From the human T2T-CHM13v2.0 reference genome, Homo sapiens, in assembly GCF_009914755.1 (NCBI RefSeq), contig NC_060938.1: 64,000 nucleotides of DNA. One strand, 5' to 3'. How positions within the stretch are numbered: the first letter of the stretch is position 1; the number at the start of each line of letters is the position of its first letter. Shown here in pieces: positions 29,470-42,690 of this stretch. The notes under the pieces are model-generated. The model was not told the DNA's origin, searched no databases, and saw nothing but the letters and a program-made list of their open reading frames with translations. The position numbers were made by a program, and so were the translations under genes.

Positions 29470-29790
29470 GCAGGTGTGGTGGCTCACTCCTGTAATCCCA
29501 GTAGTTTAGGAGGCCAAGGCAGGAGGATTACTTGAGGCCAGGAGTTTAAGACCAGTCCGGTCTTAAACTTATAGTGAGACTACATCTCTACCAAAAAAAA
29601 AAAAAAAAAATAGAAAAATTAGCTAGGCATGGTGGCACACACCTGTAGTCCAAGCTACTTGGGAGTCTGGGATGGGAAGATTGCTTGAGCCCAGGAGTTC
29701 AAGGTACAGTGAGCTATGAGTGTGCCTCTGCACTCCAGCCTGGGTGACAGCGAGATCCTGTTACTAAAAAATCTTAAAAAAAGAAAAAAA
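29470..29790 (+). mobile_element. AluJ
   Basis: ggaggattacttgaggccaggagtt; ttgcttgagcccaggagttcaagg; gtgagctatga. Confidence 0.92.
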
Positions 29791-30647
29791 CTAATGTGGG
29801 AAAATATGGATTCTGAATTTGTGCTAATGCATTATTCTTTGCAGTATGCATTGTCATTGAGAACTAAGTCACTGGGACTTTGATGTTGTGTGGTATTTGC
29901 ACAAACACACATCTCAAATGTTCCAAGAGATGAGTCAGTGGTTAGAAATAATGGTCTATGTTCATTTTAAATACTAGACCAGACTCAGAATTCAGTCACT
30001 GCTTTTCATTCCTGAGAGAGTCCAAATGATTTAAAGTCATGAGTCAACACTACCAAATGTCTTTTTCTATTAGGTGATAAAGAGGTTCAGCATTGGTGGC
30101 TTTTGTGGAAGTACAGCATGGCAGAAATTGAGTAGCCTCGGGAAATGCTTGAAGCAATTGCTTTGTTTTTGGAAGGGATGCCTCACGGCATGCACGTATT
30201 TTATCCTGAATATGATAAATACCAGCAGCATTCACGCAATAACCTAAGAAAACAGCAGTGGAAATTTCTCAGTTATCTTTCCCCGCCTTGCTTTACTTGG
30301 ATACTTGAGTGTTGAAGCAGTGTAGTTCCTTGAAGTTTTTCTGCAAATCTATGATGTTGATCTTGGAACATAATAGAAGTATGGTGTTATATATGGAAAC
30401 CTAGGAAACAGATTTCTCGTTAAGTCCTGGAGAACATCAGTAGCATCAGAAATGCTGAACAGAAATTGCTTAAACCACTGTTATCTTTAATGGGGACAAG
30501 TGTTTAGTTGTCTGTAGTAGTGTCCACAGTGATAATCTGGCATTGGTAGCTTCGGTAAAATTAAATTCTTGTAAGATTTTCTATCTATCAATGTTAGCAA
30601 AGAGCCGGATGAGGTGATTGCGGAATGGAAGGTCTAGCCATAGTACA

Positions 30648-30790
30648 TGTATTGGTCATCTCTGAAGCCATAATAAAGTACCATAGACTGAGTGGCTTAA
30701 ATAACAGATATTTATTTTCTCACAATTCTGAAAGCTGGAAGTCTGAGATCAGGGTACCAACATGGTTGGGTTCTGGATGGTGAAGGCCCT
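30648..30790 (-). mobile_element. MaLR (MLT1A/MST-like) LTR 3'-end fragment
   Basis: taccatagactgagtggcttaaataacaga..ttctcacaattctgaaagctggaagtctgagatcagggtacc. Confidence 0.75.
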
Positions 30791-30836
30791 GGGGGAGTCA
30801 GATACTCCCCTCAGCCCTGCTTAAACTTGTTCCTGA

Positions 30837-31541
30837 AACAACTGATGCTGGCAAGGCTGTGGAGAAATAGGAACACTTTTACACTGTTGGTGGGAGTATA
30901 AATTAGTTCCACCATGTGGAAGACAGTGTGGCGATTCCTGAAGGATCTAGAACCAGAAATACCATTTGACCCACCAATCCCATTACTGTATCTATACCCA
31001 AAGGATTATAAATCAAGCTACTATAAAGACACATGCACACGTATGTTTATTGCAGCACTATTTACAATAGCAAAGGCTTGGAACTAACCCAAATGCCCCT
31101 CAATGATAGACTGGATAAAGAAAATGTGATACATATACACCGTGGAATACTATGCAGCCATAAAAAAGAATGAGTTCATGTCTTTTGCAGGGACATGGAT
31201 GAAGCTAGAAGCCGTCATTCTCAGCAAACTAACACAGAAACGGAAAACCAAACACTGCATGTTCTCACTCATAAGTTAGAGTTGAACAATGAGAACACAT
31301 GGACACAGGGAGAGGAACATCATACACTGGGGCCTGTCAGGGGTTGGCGGCAAGGGGAGGGAGAGCATCAGGACGAATATCTAATCCATGCAGGGCTTAA
31401 AACCTAGATGACGGGTTAATAGGTGCAGCAAACCACCATGGCACATGCATACCTATGTAACAAACCTGCACGTTCTGCACATGTATCCCAGGAATTAAAG
31501 TAAAATTAAAAAAACAAAACAAAACATAACAAAACAAAACA
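30837..31541 (+). mobile_element. 5'-truncated L1PA7/8-like
   Basis: ORF2 C-terminus plus 3'UTR gggcttaaaacctagatgacgggtt. Approximate TSD aaactt.ttcct at 30823 and 31542. Confidence 0.92.
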
Positions 31542-31694
31542 AAACTTCTTCCTAAGCTCCTATTGGGAGCCATTGGACTAGTGACCAAGAAACCTGGATT
31601 CTGGTCATGACTGCTACTTCCCATCTGTAAGACATTCGATAAGTCAATTAACTTCTAGACACTTTCATTTCCTCATCTTGAAAAATAAGGCTGA

Positions 31695-32011
<317 letters not shown>

Positions 32012-35000
32012 TCAGTGTCTATCTCAAAAGGCTGTACAGCTCTAACTAGGGTGTTGTATGAGAAAGCACATAACAAATCATAAGTTCGTGTTAATCCAAG
32101 TCATCATTGCCGTTGTAGCAAGCACTGAGGTGCATGAAGATCTTCCACTGGTTAAGGGACATTAGTGGTCAGATTGTGACAATGTACATATTTATACCTG
32201 AACTAGATTAATGATTTACTTGTGAATATCTTCCTTGAGGTCACAGCCAAAAAAAAAGTTTCACACTTCCCATGAAATCTTGCCAAGTTTTTTTTTTCTA
32301 ATCCAAAATTGTGGGAGCAAATTACAGAAGAGAGCTAGGAAACCATTCCCAGCTCCTGGTGCATGGGATCTTCCTTTAGCAACTTTCCCTCCCACCCTGT
32401 GAGTCTGCTCTGTGCAGGTCACAGATCTGTTCACGTATCCTAGGCTGATGAGTCTTGCAATTCCCCTTTGCACAAGATTGATCTTATTACCCAGAAGCTA
32501 TTTGAGGAAGCAACAGATTAAATTATCTTTTCTATATATTTTTTCGGATAATTTTGGATTTCTTATGAAAGTGTTCACATACTTCAGCAGTGTCTGTCAT
32601 CTCTAGAGTCTTAGGTCACAATTATACGGCCTTCACATGAATAGGGAAAAAAAAAGAGAAGCTCTTTCAGTTTTTAAAATTCTTCCCTTTATGAGGAATC
32701 CACTTGCAAAAGGAAATATGAAAAACATTAAATCATGGAACAGCCAAATTGTTTTAAGCAGACAATTGTTCAAAGTTTCCATGAAGGCCTTGGTGGCTCT
32801 TTTCTGATACACTATTCTCTTTTATGTACATAATACTGAGTATTTGGAGGCTTGGGTTTCCTTATTAAGTCAGAAGTTTGTCAAATTTAACTCCCTGGGG
32901 GCTAGAATAAACTTATTTTCTTTCTTTTTCCTCTACCAAATTCCATAGTTCTTTCCCTCCCATATTTCTCTGTTTGTCTGAGGAAAGTGACTCCTTTGCC
33001 CACATTCCCCACATCCCAAAGGGTAATAATTATTTTTTATATTAGCTAATACCCACTGCTATAAGGGAGGCAAAAAGCAGGAACCTGGGGAGAACAGTCA
33101 AGAACTTCAATGGCCACAATGCAGGCAGTGAAAATTATTACCAGGGCTGGAACTGTGAAAACAGTGGGTCACTCTTAAAATGGGTAATGTGAGAGTCCCC
33201 AGAGAGCATTTGCTGATTGCAAAAGTCAATCTTTGAGCTCATGATTCTTGGCCCAATTGGAGCATTTTCCTTTATAGTCTTCTTACCTTGGACTCCTCCT
33301 CATTCCAGTGGCCCGAAAAAGTCTACCTTGTTTCTTATCCAGAGAAGGGGGAGTGGATTTTATTTTTCAAGGTCTACATGTGCTCTAGACACAAGAAGAT
33401 GCCATCCTCTGACTTAGAGTTTTAGTCCTCCCCGACCACATCTGCACACCCCAGTAGTGATGATAGATAGTCACTGAGCCACTTTCTTTGAAAACCATCT
33501 TTGCATTTGTGAAAATAGGGAAAATTAGCAATGCATGTTCTCTACACAGGATACTGCTATCTTTCCTACCAATTCACTAGTATACGGAAAGCCTGTGAAC
33601 TGTGAATGGGTATCTCCAACAGAGTCCTGTTTCACCCTCGACCAGCATGGCAGGCTCAGCTCATGGGATCTCCATATTTCCCATTTAGAGGTTTTCCTTT
33701 TGCTTTGCTTTGTTTTTCAACCTTAATTCCCCACCAAGGAAGAGCAAACTGCTGTTTAGGAAGTAAGTTACCACATCATCCACCCTTGATTTCAATGTCT
33801 ATTCCCACATTAGGAACATACAATGTGAAGTTTAAGCCAAACTAAAGCTAAAGGCAAAGGTCAAGTTCACTCAGCAGCCTACTGACAGGTCTAAACCTAT
33901 TGACCTGCCTGAAGAAGTATGCTTCATGGTTAACCAGAGTGAAATGTTTATTCCACAGCAGGAGGGAAAAACCAAATAACCAAGTTGTTCACCTGAAGAG
34001 TAGGATTCAACATGTTAAAATTATGTGAACAAACAGCAGTAGCCTACAAGCCACAGCCCAAATAAAGAGCAGCAATTAGTTGATGAATATAAACCATTTT
34101 GTTGTGAATTTTAAAACATTTCATACTGTTTTATTATTATTATTTTGCTTTTACCGCTTTTAAGTACTAACTCTCTACAAAGGTTGGTTTATCACTATCC
34201 CTGGTAAACACTCATAATCCTAAGTTAGTTTTAAAGAAAATAGTCTTAAAAGTTACAAGAAGAAAAGAGCACCAGACTTCAGCATGTGAAAAGCTCCTGG
34301 GAGGATTCAATGGATTGTGGTCCTGTTCCCTCTGCAAGTGGTACGAAGAGTCCTTTTGCCCCCAGTTTGCTTGTGCCTTGGGACATAAAGTTGTTCCTAA
34401 GAGTGGAGACAAGCACCATCCTTCTAGAAGGCCTTGGGGACAACGCACCTTACATAGACAATGGCTCAGAGGCTGATGGATTAAAAGATGCTGTATCCCC
34501 CATGGGATTCCACAATCCAAATGACTAAGTAATCAGAAAAATTATTTGATACCCTTTTTTTTTTCTTTTTCTCGACTACAAGGAGACAGGCTCAGTCGTG
34601 AATCCCACCCAGGCTCACATGGCTCCAGTTCTGGAGTCAGGGTCACCTATCAATTTTGTGCATGGGTGCACAGGACAGGATTTGGGATCTAGGGCACTCA
34701 TAAGAAGCTGGTTCTCTTGCTCTTATAACCATGCCACAGTTGTGCCATACAGAAAGAGAAAAGGTATATGAAAGTTATTAAGGGAGTTTCACCAATAGTT
34801 AATTATATTAATCTATTAACATGTAAATGCTCCTCTCCAATTTCAGCTAAGATACCGGTACATGGGCATTGAGGATGGCATCTGCAGAAGAAAGTGGATT
34901 TTTTTTTTTTAATTATAGAGAAACGTGTTGACCAACAAGGAGAAATCCGTATGGTACTGTGAGAGAACAGCTCCCTTGTCACAGATCGGGCAGGCAGCAG

Positions 35001-36882
35001 TTGCTAGCTAGGACTGGGGCTTATGTAAGACACTGCTCTCAGCCCTGGGGCCCTGGGGCCCAGTTTCCAGCCAGGATCCAATGGGTCAGCGTGCCAGGTG
35101 AATGAAATCCTGCCTTTGTTTAACTGCCCCAGAGTCTCCCTTGCTCTGGGACGTTCCGTGCAACAGAAACCCAGACACGCTTATTATACAGAAACCCAGG
35201 AGGGGAAGAGGAAGGAGGCTTGTAGGTGCCAACGGCAGTGGCAAAAACTGAATAGGCAAGAACTTTCTCTCAGCCAAGTCAGCAGAGTGTCCCAAAGTTT
35301 CAGAGATTCCAGTCTATGGGGATGGGAGAAAGTGTCCTATAAAAGCAATCCAACCACCATAACTCAGCACCCACATAAAAAGTAACGCTGATTTTAACAA
35401 CTAAGTTATGCAGAGAGGATTTTTTAGAAGATATTTAAAAAATTGTTTTTAAATGTAGGTTTTTAATCATATGTGTTAGCTAGGTTGAAGGCTGTTGGGT
35501 TCCTACTAAACAGACCCAGATTATGTGTCACAATAATAACATCATTGATCCATCAAATTAACAAAAATACATAAACTATTAGGTGAAATCATATAATTCA
35601 CATGATTATTTTTATTATGAAAGTAATAAAAAATAGAAAATAAAGGCAAATTGTCACATCCAATGTCACTAATCTAGCCCAATCACCATTATATACAAAA
35701 CAATTTTTAAAGTTTTAATTTAAGCTGCTCACAATTGAATTGTTTGTTCTCAGTCCTACCTCCCAAGAAGGTGGCAACAAAAAAGGTACTTTCCTGGGTA
35801 TTTGTAAACACTCACACAAATATAAATATGAGAGAAGGCACACTGAAATTTTAAATTCAGCAAACAAAAGTCTATCAGATTGTTGAAAACCAACTGTGTG
35901 CCTCACACTGTTGGTTATTATTTCATACCAATTATATTATTCCATCTATATACTTGAAGCTCTTATCCTCAAGTAAATTAGTTCATATTTTCACACATAA
36001 ATACATTCATATTTTTAAGATTTTCCATGTTAGTTACTTCTTTATGTGGTGGACTGCCTAAAGTTACTTTGCATCATGGTTGTAGCATCACAGGATGGGG
36101 TAAAGTTTTAACATGAGATGTAGAAAAATAATAAGCCTTAAAAATCAGCCAAGTAATTAATAATATTTATCAAGTACCTGCCCCATGCACAACAGGGGCC
36201 TATAGTAAGCTGGTTAACAAGCAGTTTCTGGCCATCTACTCAGTATGCAATAGACCAAGTGCACTGAGAAATGAAAGAGAAGGACATTGCATAGTCCATA
36301 TTCTCAAAGAATTTTCTTCTAAACACAAAATCTACACATGGGAATTGACTTGGGGGCACTTATAAAAACACATGGGAAATTAGCATATTTCAAACTGATT
36401 TTAGAAAATATATCCAGAATACATAATAGAGGAGCCAGCATGGCTGGATGGGATTCATCACAAAGTCTTCTGCCAGAGAGAAAGGAGAGGTTTAGGGACT
36501 TGCTCATTTCATTTAGAAGCCTCATGCTTCACTTTGCACCTTACTTTTGCATTTCCAAGGTTTAATTTTTTAATTGCAAAGTTAAAATTGTAGTCTCTCA
36601 GTGCACTATTCTCTGACACACTGTTGGAGATCAGGCTCTGCATAAATACCTGGAGAGAAATCTTAAGTAAGTTAGCGCTACTGGCAGGGGATTGAAACTC
36701 CTCCTACGCAGTTCCGGAGCAACTCTTTAGGAGGCCTGCCTAACCATGAGTGATGGCACACAAAAAGAATGGTGGGAATTGAAAGTGCAAAAACAGTCTT
36801 TATTTTTCTTCTGGAATAACTGCAGTTTTTAAATAAAGTACAAATTTGCCAGTGATTTAGATTTTCGTTTAATTCCACAAGT

Positions 36883-37220
36883 TTCTCTCTCTCTCTCTCT
36901 GTACATATATATATACACGCGTACATATATACACATACATATACATACACATATACACACACAAGTCTATATACACAATTATATATTATGTAATAATATA
37001 TTATATAATATAGACTTGTGGAATATATATATAAATATATATATTCTACAAGTCTCTCTTTTTTGTGTGTGTATATATACACATATATATACACAAGTCT
37101 ATATGTGTGTGTGTGTGTGTGCGTGTTTTATATTTATATATCTACATATATATTTTTATATCTATATATCTACATATATATATACACAGCTATATATATG
37201 TAGATATATAGATATAAAAA
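36883..37220. repeat. Compound (CT)/(TA)/(CA)/(TG) low-complexity tract with palindromes
   Basis: Read directly from the sequence (see findings). Confidence 0.95.
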
Positions 37221-37612
37221 ATCCATGGGCTCTGGAGGAGATGGTCTGTGATCCATCCCAGCTCTATGAGATGGAAGAATCTCTGATCAGCAAAACTGGT
37301 AGCACTGTGGAGGCAGAAGGGAGTCTATAGTACCTAAGATCTTTCTGGAACAGTCTGCAGGAAAAGCCTCCCTTCCTTTGCAAAGCAAGAGATAGAGCCA
37401 TTTCCAGAATGCCAAGAGGAGACACCAGACAGAAGCAAGAAGAATTGCAGGAGGCCAAGGGTGAGAAAAGATCGGCTGTGATGAGCACCAGGAAGGGGCC
37501 CTGGAGACACATAGCTCAATGAAGACTTTGTAGCAGAGTTGCTTAGTAAGGAAATGCTACCAGGAGGTCCTTGGCCCTAGAGCTTTGCAACCAAATGTCA
37601 GACTCCTTAGAA

Positions 37613-38477
37613 TAGAGGTCCTCAATAGATTTTTCTTTTATTTGTTTTTTCCTTTGTTTCTTTTGTTTTTTATATTAATATAAATATGCTTCCATGGTAT
37701 ATTCATGGTATGTTAATTTCAGCTATAAGTCCACTTCTGTCTCACTCAAAAGAATATTCTAGAAAATGAGTGAGAATGATTTTATTACATAAATATCCTT
37801 GAATCTCTTCTAATTTAATATTTTTATTTAATTAAAATTTTAATCAAAATTAGTTTTTAGAGACATAAAGCAAACTACATTATTACACATAAGTTTATTT
37901 GAACAATTATCTTCATAATATATAAAATAAGAGTTGCTAAATTTTTCTACATTTTTAAATAAATATTCAATTATATTTCAAAAATTACCTTTATGTACTA
38001 AAATTCAGTTCTGTAAAAACTTACTTGGAAAAAAACATTTTAAGAATTTATATCTATTAAAATGTCAAGAATATTATCTTTATCACTTCTGAAAAGAATG
38101 TCTTTAAACACTAAGAGCTAGTAACTGTTGAAATCAAAGGAAGAGAGAAAAGCACTGAAACACTGTTAGCGTTTTCTTCTTCACAAACCTCCGAAACATC
38201 ACATGTACCATTGTCTTCAGTTTAGCCTGTATTGAAATTCAGATTTTTCTTCACTACTTTAAAATTATTCCAATAAGGATTGTATTGGTGAGCCACAAAG
38301 TTTTCTTCATCTCTGATAGGAAATGCAATTCTCTTTGTACCTAATTCTATATTCTCATGTAGATATTTCTCATTTATATTTTAAAAAGTAGATTATTTAC
38401 AATTTTGGTACTTTATCCATTAGCAATTACAGTTTGCTAATACCTCATAAATAACAGCAGTACACTGAGAACCACTG
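37613..38477. mobile_element. Probable hAT-Charlie DNA transposon relic
   Basis: Right end tgagaaccactg is the reverse of the Charlie TIR CAGTGGTTCTCA. Degenerate left end (tagaggtcctcaa) and AT-rich interior. Confidence 0.45.
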
Positions 38478-40759
38478 TTTTAGAGGACTGGGCTCCTCAG
38501 TCCTGTCCTTAAGGGCAGAAAGCCAATGAGAAAGGGCAGCATTGAGAAGCAATGCTAAAGAGAGCTTAGGTTCGCCTGTTCCAGGAGCTAGGGAAATATG
38601 GATGAGCTCAACACCCTGAAATAAAGGATAGCAAGAAATATACAGAAATATCATAGGTTTTTCCTACTAGAAAAAGAGAAGTGGTAGCCTTTTGGCAAAT
38701 TAATGTGATGCCTGGCATGTGTATGTACACTGAGACAGAAACCAATATGAGGCACCAGAGACGTGATCATGAGCAAGATAGAAAGTTGTGTATATAAAAC
38801 TGAACACAAATTAGTCTTCTCTAATGTATTCTATACCAATATCTAGAGATATGGCCCTAATAGAAGACTGAAACTATATGGAGATAGTCAGCATGAAACA
38901 AAGGTAGCCAGATTAGTACTGAAAGTCTGTTTCTAAGAAGTTCAATAGTTCCTTAGTATAAAGAAGCATTGGTGATTAACACCATGCTTCTGCTATTCTA
39001 ATTGCAATTAGGTACATAGAATTTTTCATCAAATGCCATATTTTTTAAATCCAGTATATATAAAATTTTCTTAACTTGTCTAAGTTATTTATTTCCAAAG
39101 ACCTAATATTTAAGAATTGTAAAAACTGCAACTCTTGAATTTAGGTGAACCTAACTAACCAATGGATCATGATTTTGATGCTCAGACAAGGCCTACCTTA
39201 ATTTAGTTTTACATAAGGAGTGATATATTTATTTACTTATTTATTCATTCCACAGACATTATAGAGACACCATATTCAAGGCACTGTTTTAGACTCAAGG
39301 GCTATGATGGTAAACAAGGCAGGTAATTGTGCTCTTATCTGAGATCCAGATGGAAACATTCGTCGCTATAGTTATGCCAAGGCAGGTTGTACTTGCTCTA
39401 CCTTGCAATCCTCTTTGCGCTCCTTGAGTTGCTACTATCCTGGAAACCCATCCCCATGAGTTAAGCCAGGTGTCCAACACAGACTTCAAGCCAGGATATA
39501 GTGATTTTCTTCTTATATCACAGTTTGAGGAGAGAACTCCACTGGAGGTATGAACAGATTTCCTAGCCTGTATGAACAGAGAGTTACCCAACACCCAAGA
39601 CATAATTAGGCTGATTAGTTCCTTTTGCTCTGGCTGGACAAATTTTTTGTGACCTCATTATAAAAACCAGGAAGCCAGAAGAAGAAAATGAGGAATGCAT
39701 ATTGGACATACCCAAGCCCACTCCTAAATGTCCTTGTTTTGTCTTTTGTTTTTATTGCGTTTTAAACTCAAATCAGAAAGGCAAACATGCAAGCAAGAAA
39801 CGTCAAAAATACAAATTTTGGCTGATAGAAACACCAGATTTTTATAATAAAATAATTTTCCACATATTAACCCATCCATAATTTTCTCAAATGAAATATT
39901 CCCATTGTTGCACAATAGTCCAAATTCCGCTCTAAATTGTGGACAAATGTCCTTTCCAGGAATAAAGCTTAGTTACACACAATTTGGACAGCATTTGCCT
40001 CAACACACAATTGAGATAGGAAGTGCCTTTCAGTTTTTGTGTTCTTTGGCAGCTGGATGTCTCTGATTTTTATAGGCCTCAAACTTAGGGCAACACGAAG
40101 GGTAACTGCAGGTTGACAATTTTTGTTTGTATAACATGTGTGTTGAGTATGGCCCTGCAATGATATGAGAGCAAATTCTAGAAATGAAAGTATTAGGTAC
40201 CAAAATATGTCTTTTAGAGTTGTTACTGAGCCATAAGAAGTAATTCCTCGTAAACACTGTGTAAGAAACAGATTTTATAACACATGTAACTTAAAACCAA
40301 ATAAATGAATGAAAAACAGAATGCTTCTTTCTGGTATCAGCCCAATAAATAATTGATCATCAACAATTTGAGTTGCTGTCATCTTTGCACTACTTCTCAG
40401 TAATGTATATTTAAGTGTCCTTAGGCTGAAATCCAACCCCCTTCCAGCAGAAGCAGATTATTTTCTCTACCTCTTACCAAATTAGGGTCAGCAAATTCAT
40501 GGTTGGCTCACCCCCACTTTCCCATACCACACCCCTGACAGCAGGAAAGAATTATTTAATTGATTAGAGATGTGCAAGATACAATGCTTTGGAACCATTC
40601 TCAACATAACCCTCCAGGCAGCCATGACCAATCCATTGGAGTAGCCACGGAGATGAAATCCTTTTGCCATCAAATAAATAACAAACCAAATTGAGATGAT
40701 GAGCTTAATGAATGAGGTTAGCAAACGCTTCTGCCAGGAACATTTAGATAATTATAAAG

Positions 40760-41230
40760 TTCAATTAGTTATTTACTGAACATTTAGAATATTCTTAGCA
40801 CTTTGCTAGGAAAAGCATGAGATTAAAAATAAAGTGTATGTCATAGTGTAAGTCAACCTAGATAGGGAGGCAACATTAACATGTAAATTTTTTAAAATGT
40901 GTTAGTCATTGCATAGGTAGGAAGAATCACTAAAGAAATTTAAAACGGACTGAAATCAGCAAGGTCGGTAGTTATGAGTAAAATTTTCATGGATAAAGCT
41001 TGAAATGGAACTTAAGCAGAGTACATTTTAACTAGAAAAAGGGAAGTTAGAAGAGCATTCCAAGTTAGGAAAAATCATCTAATGAAAAGCAAGACGTGGG
41101 ACTAGGTATGGAATAGTCATCAGAACACAAAGAGACTAGAATTAGGAAGAAGGGAGCATGACAGTAAAAATCCAACAGTAAGTGGGAAATAAAGTAGAAT
41201 GGGTTCTAAAAACGCAGGACCAGAAACCCA
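40760..41230 (-). mobile_element. L2 fragment
   Basis: tatttactgaacatt..cactttgctagg; aagagcattccaag. Confidence 0.5.
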
Positions 41231-41324
41231 GATAGGGGTATTTAGAACCGACACAAGAAGGAAGGAGGCCCTGTTCCTGTTTTCCATTTAGAATCAACTC
41301 AATAAGTTTTTCTAAGTAAGCCAT

Positions 41325-41500
41325 GGAGTGTGACTTGGAATCCTGGCTCCCCTCCTTATTAACTTAAATATTAACCCTTGTATCTCAATTTCTTTTTCTG
41401 TAAAACAAGCATCATATTATCACCACAGGGTGAAGGTGAGGAATAAATGAATGAATATTTGTGAACTTCTTAGAATAATCCTGGACACATTGTAGTCACT
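41325..41500 (+). mobile_element. MIR
   Basis: aatcctggctcc..tctcaatttc..ctgtaaaac..gtgaggaataaatga..cttagaataatcctggacacattgtag. Confidence 0.7.
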
Positions 41501-42469
41501 GCATGGATGTGTGAAATAAATGAGAAGCATAGCATGGTTTACAGAAACAAGAATAGATCTGAGATGTACATGGCAGGATGTCTCCTGGGCTCCATCATCT
41601 TTTCTCCAATTTTTTTTTAATCCATTTAAAAGTAGCATCAGGGAAGTCTCCTCTTGATACTTAATATCCTCTTGCCTCCCAGAGTGAGTGACAACTGAGT
41701 TATGTGAGGGCATAACTCAGGCTCCCACAGGCCATTAGGAGGGCTGAGGAATGGACCACATCCTTACAGCGGTTTCAAAGAAACCCTCCTTTTATGTTCC
41801 TGAAGATGTAGGGGAGGCTTATACAAACAACCAAAATAACTTTAGATTTCACTGAACATGGAAGTGAATTCTCACATATGTTCTCTCAATTTCACACTCC
41901 CTACGAGATCCACCATGCCAACCACGGAGTCTCGGAGAGGTCAAAAACTCCCTATTTTTACAAAAAGCCTTACAGTTTAGAAAATTGTTTGCTTAAATTG
42001 GCTTCCAGGATAATTCCTATGTCCCTTCAAGGTGAGTGTGTGGAATTCTTTTATCTCACTTTACAGATAAAGGGACTGAAATTCAAGTCACACGTAAGGG
42101 GTCAGGTCTACCATCTCTTACTCCCAGGCTCTTATACTTGGCTATTCTAGCCCTTAGACCTAATGCCTCCCGGTGTCTTAAATATGTGCTCTATTCTGTG
42201 TCACTCCAGAGGAAGTTATCATGGGGACAGCATTGGATTGCCCTCCTATTTTGTCATCCACCTGAAAGAATAAGCTTAGCTTTACTGTCGATATTTCCAT
42301 GTTGGCAACTTCCAGTTGAAAACTCCTTCAAAACGTCTGAATCAAATGGATATATATGCCCAGTCATATTGATAGGGTGAGCTTTGTGACTGGCTGGCAT
42401 AACTTAGTCTGGGTCAGCTGGACCCATGGGGAAGCTGAAGGGACATGTAGAGGCAAACCCACGGGCTCC

Positions 42470-42690
42470 AGCTCCAGATGGATGTGCATTTGATCTCAGT
42501 CTGCCACCCTAACATTTAGGTCTTTACTAGCTGCGTGACCTTGGTTAAGTTACATTACCTTTCTGAGCTTTGGTTTTCAACAATACCTAACTTACGGGGT
42601 TATAGGAAGGAATAAGGGACAAATAGTTAGAGATGTATAGTTACACACACATCATGGGTGCTAAGTAAATAGTTACAACTATTTTTATTA
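42470..42690 (+). mobile_element. MIR
   Basis: tactagctgcgtgaccttggttaagttacattacctttctgagctttggtttt. Confidence 0.7.

Noticed and set aside
41910-42037. Kozak-like CCACCATG with a strong donor AAG|GTGAGT at ~42031
   Set aside because: The ATG frame stops after 21 codons, before the donor, and the donor abuts a MIR. There is no supporting exon structure.
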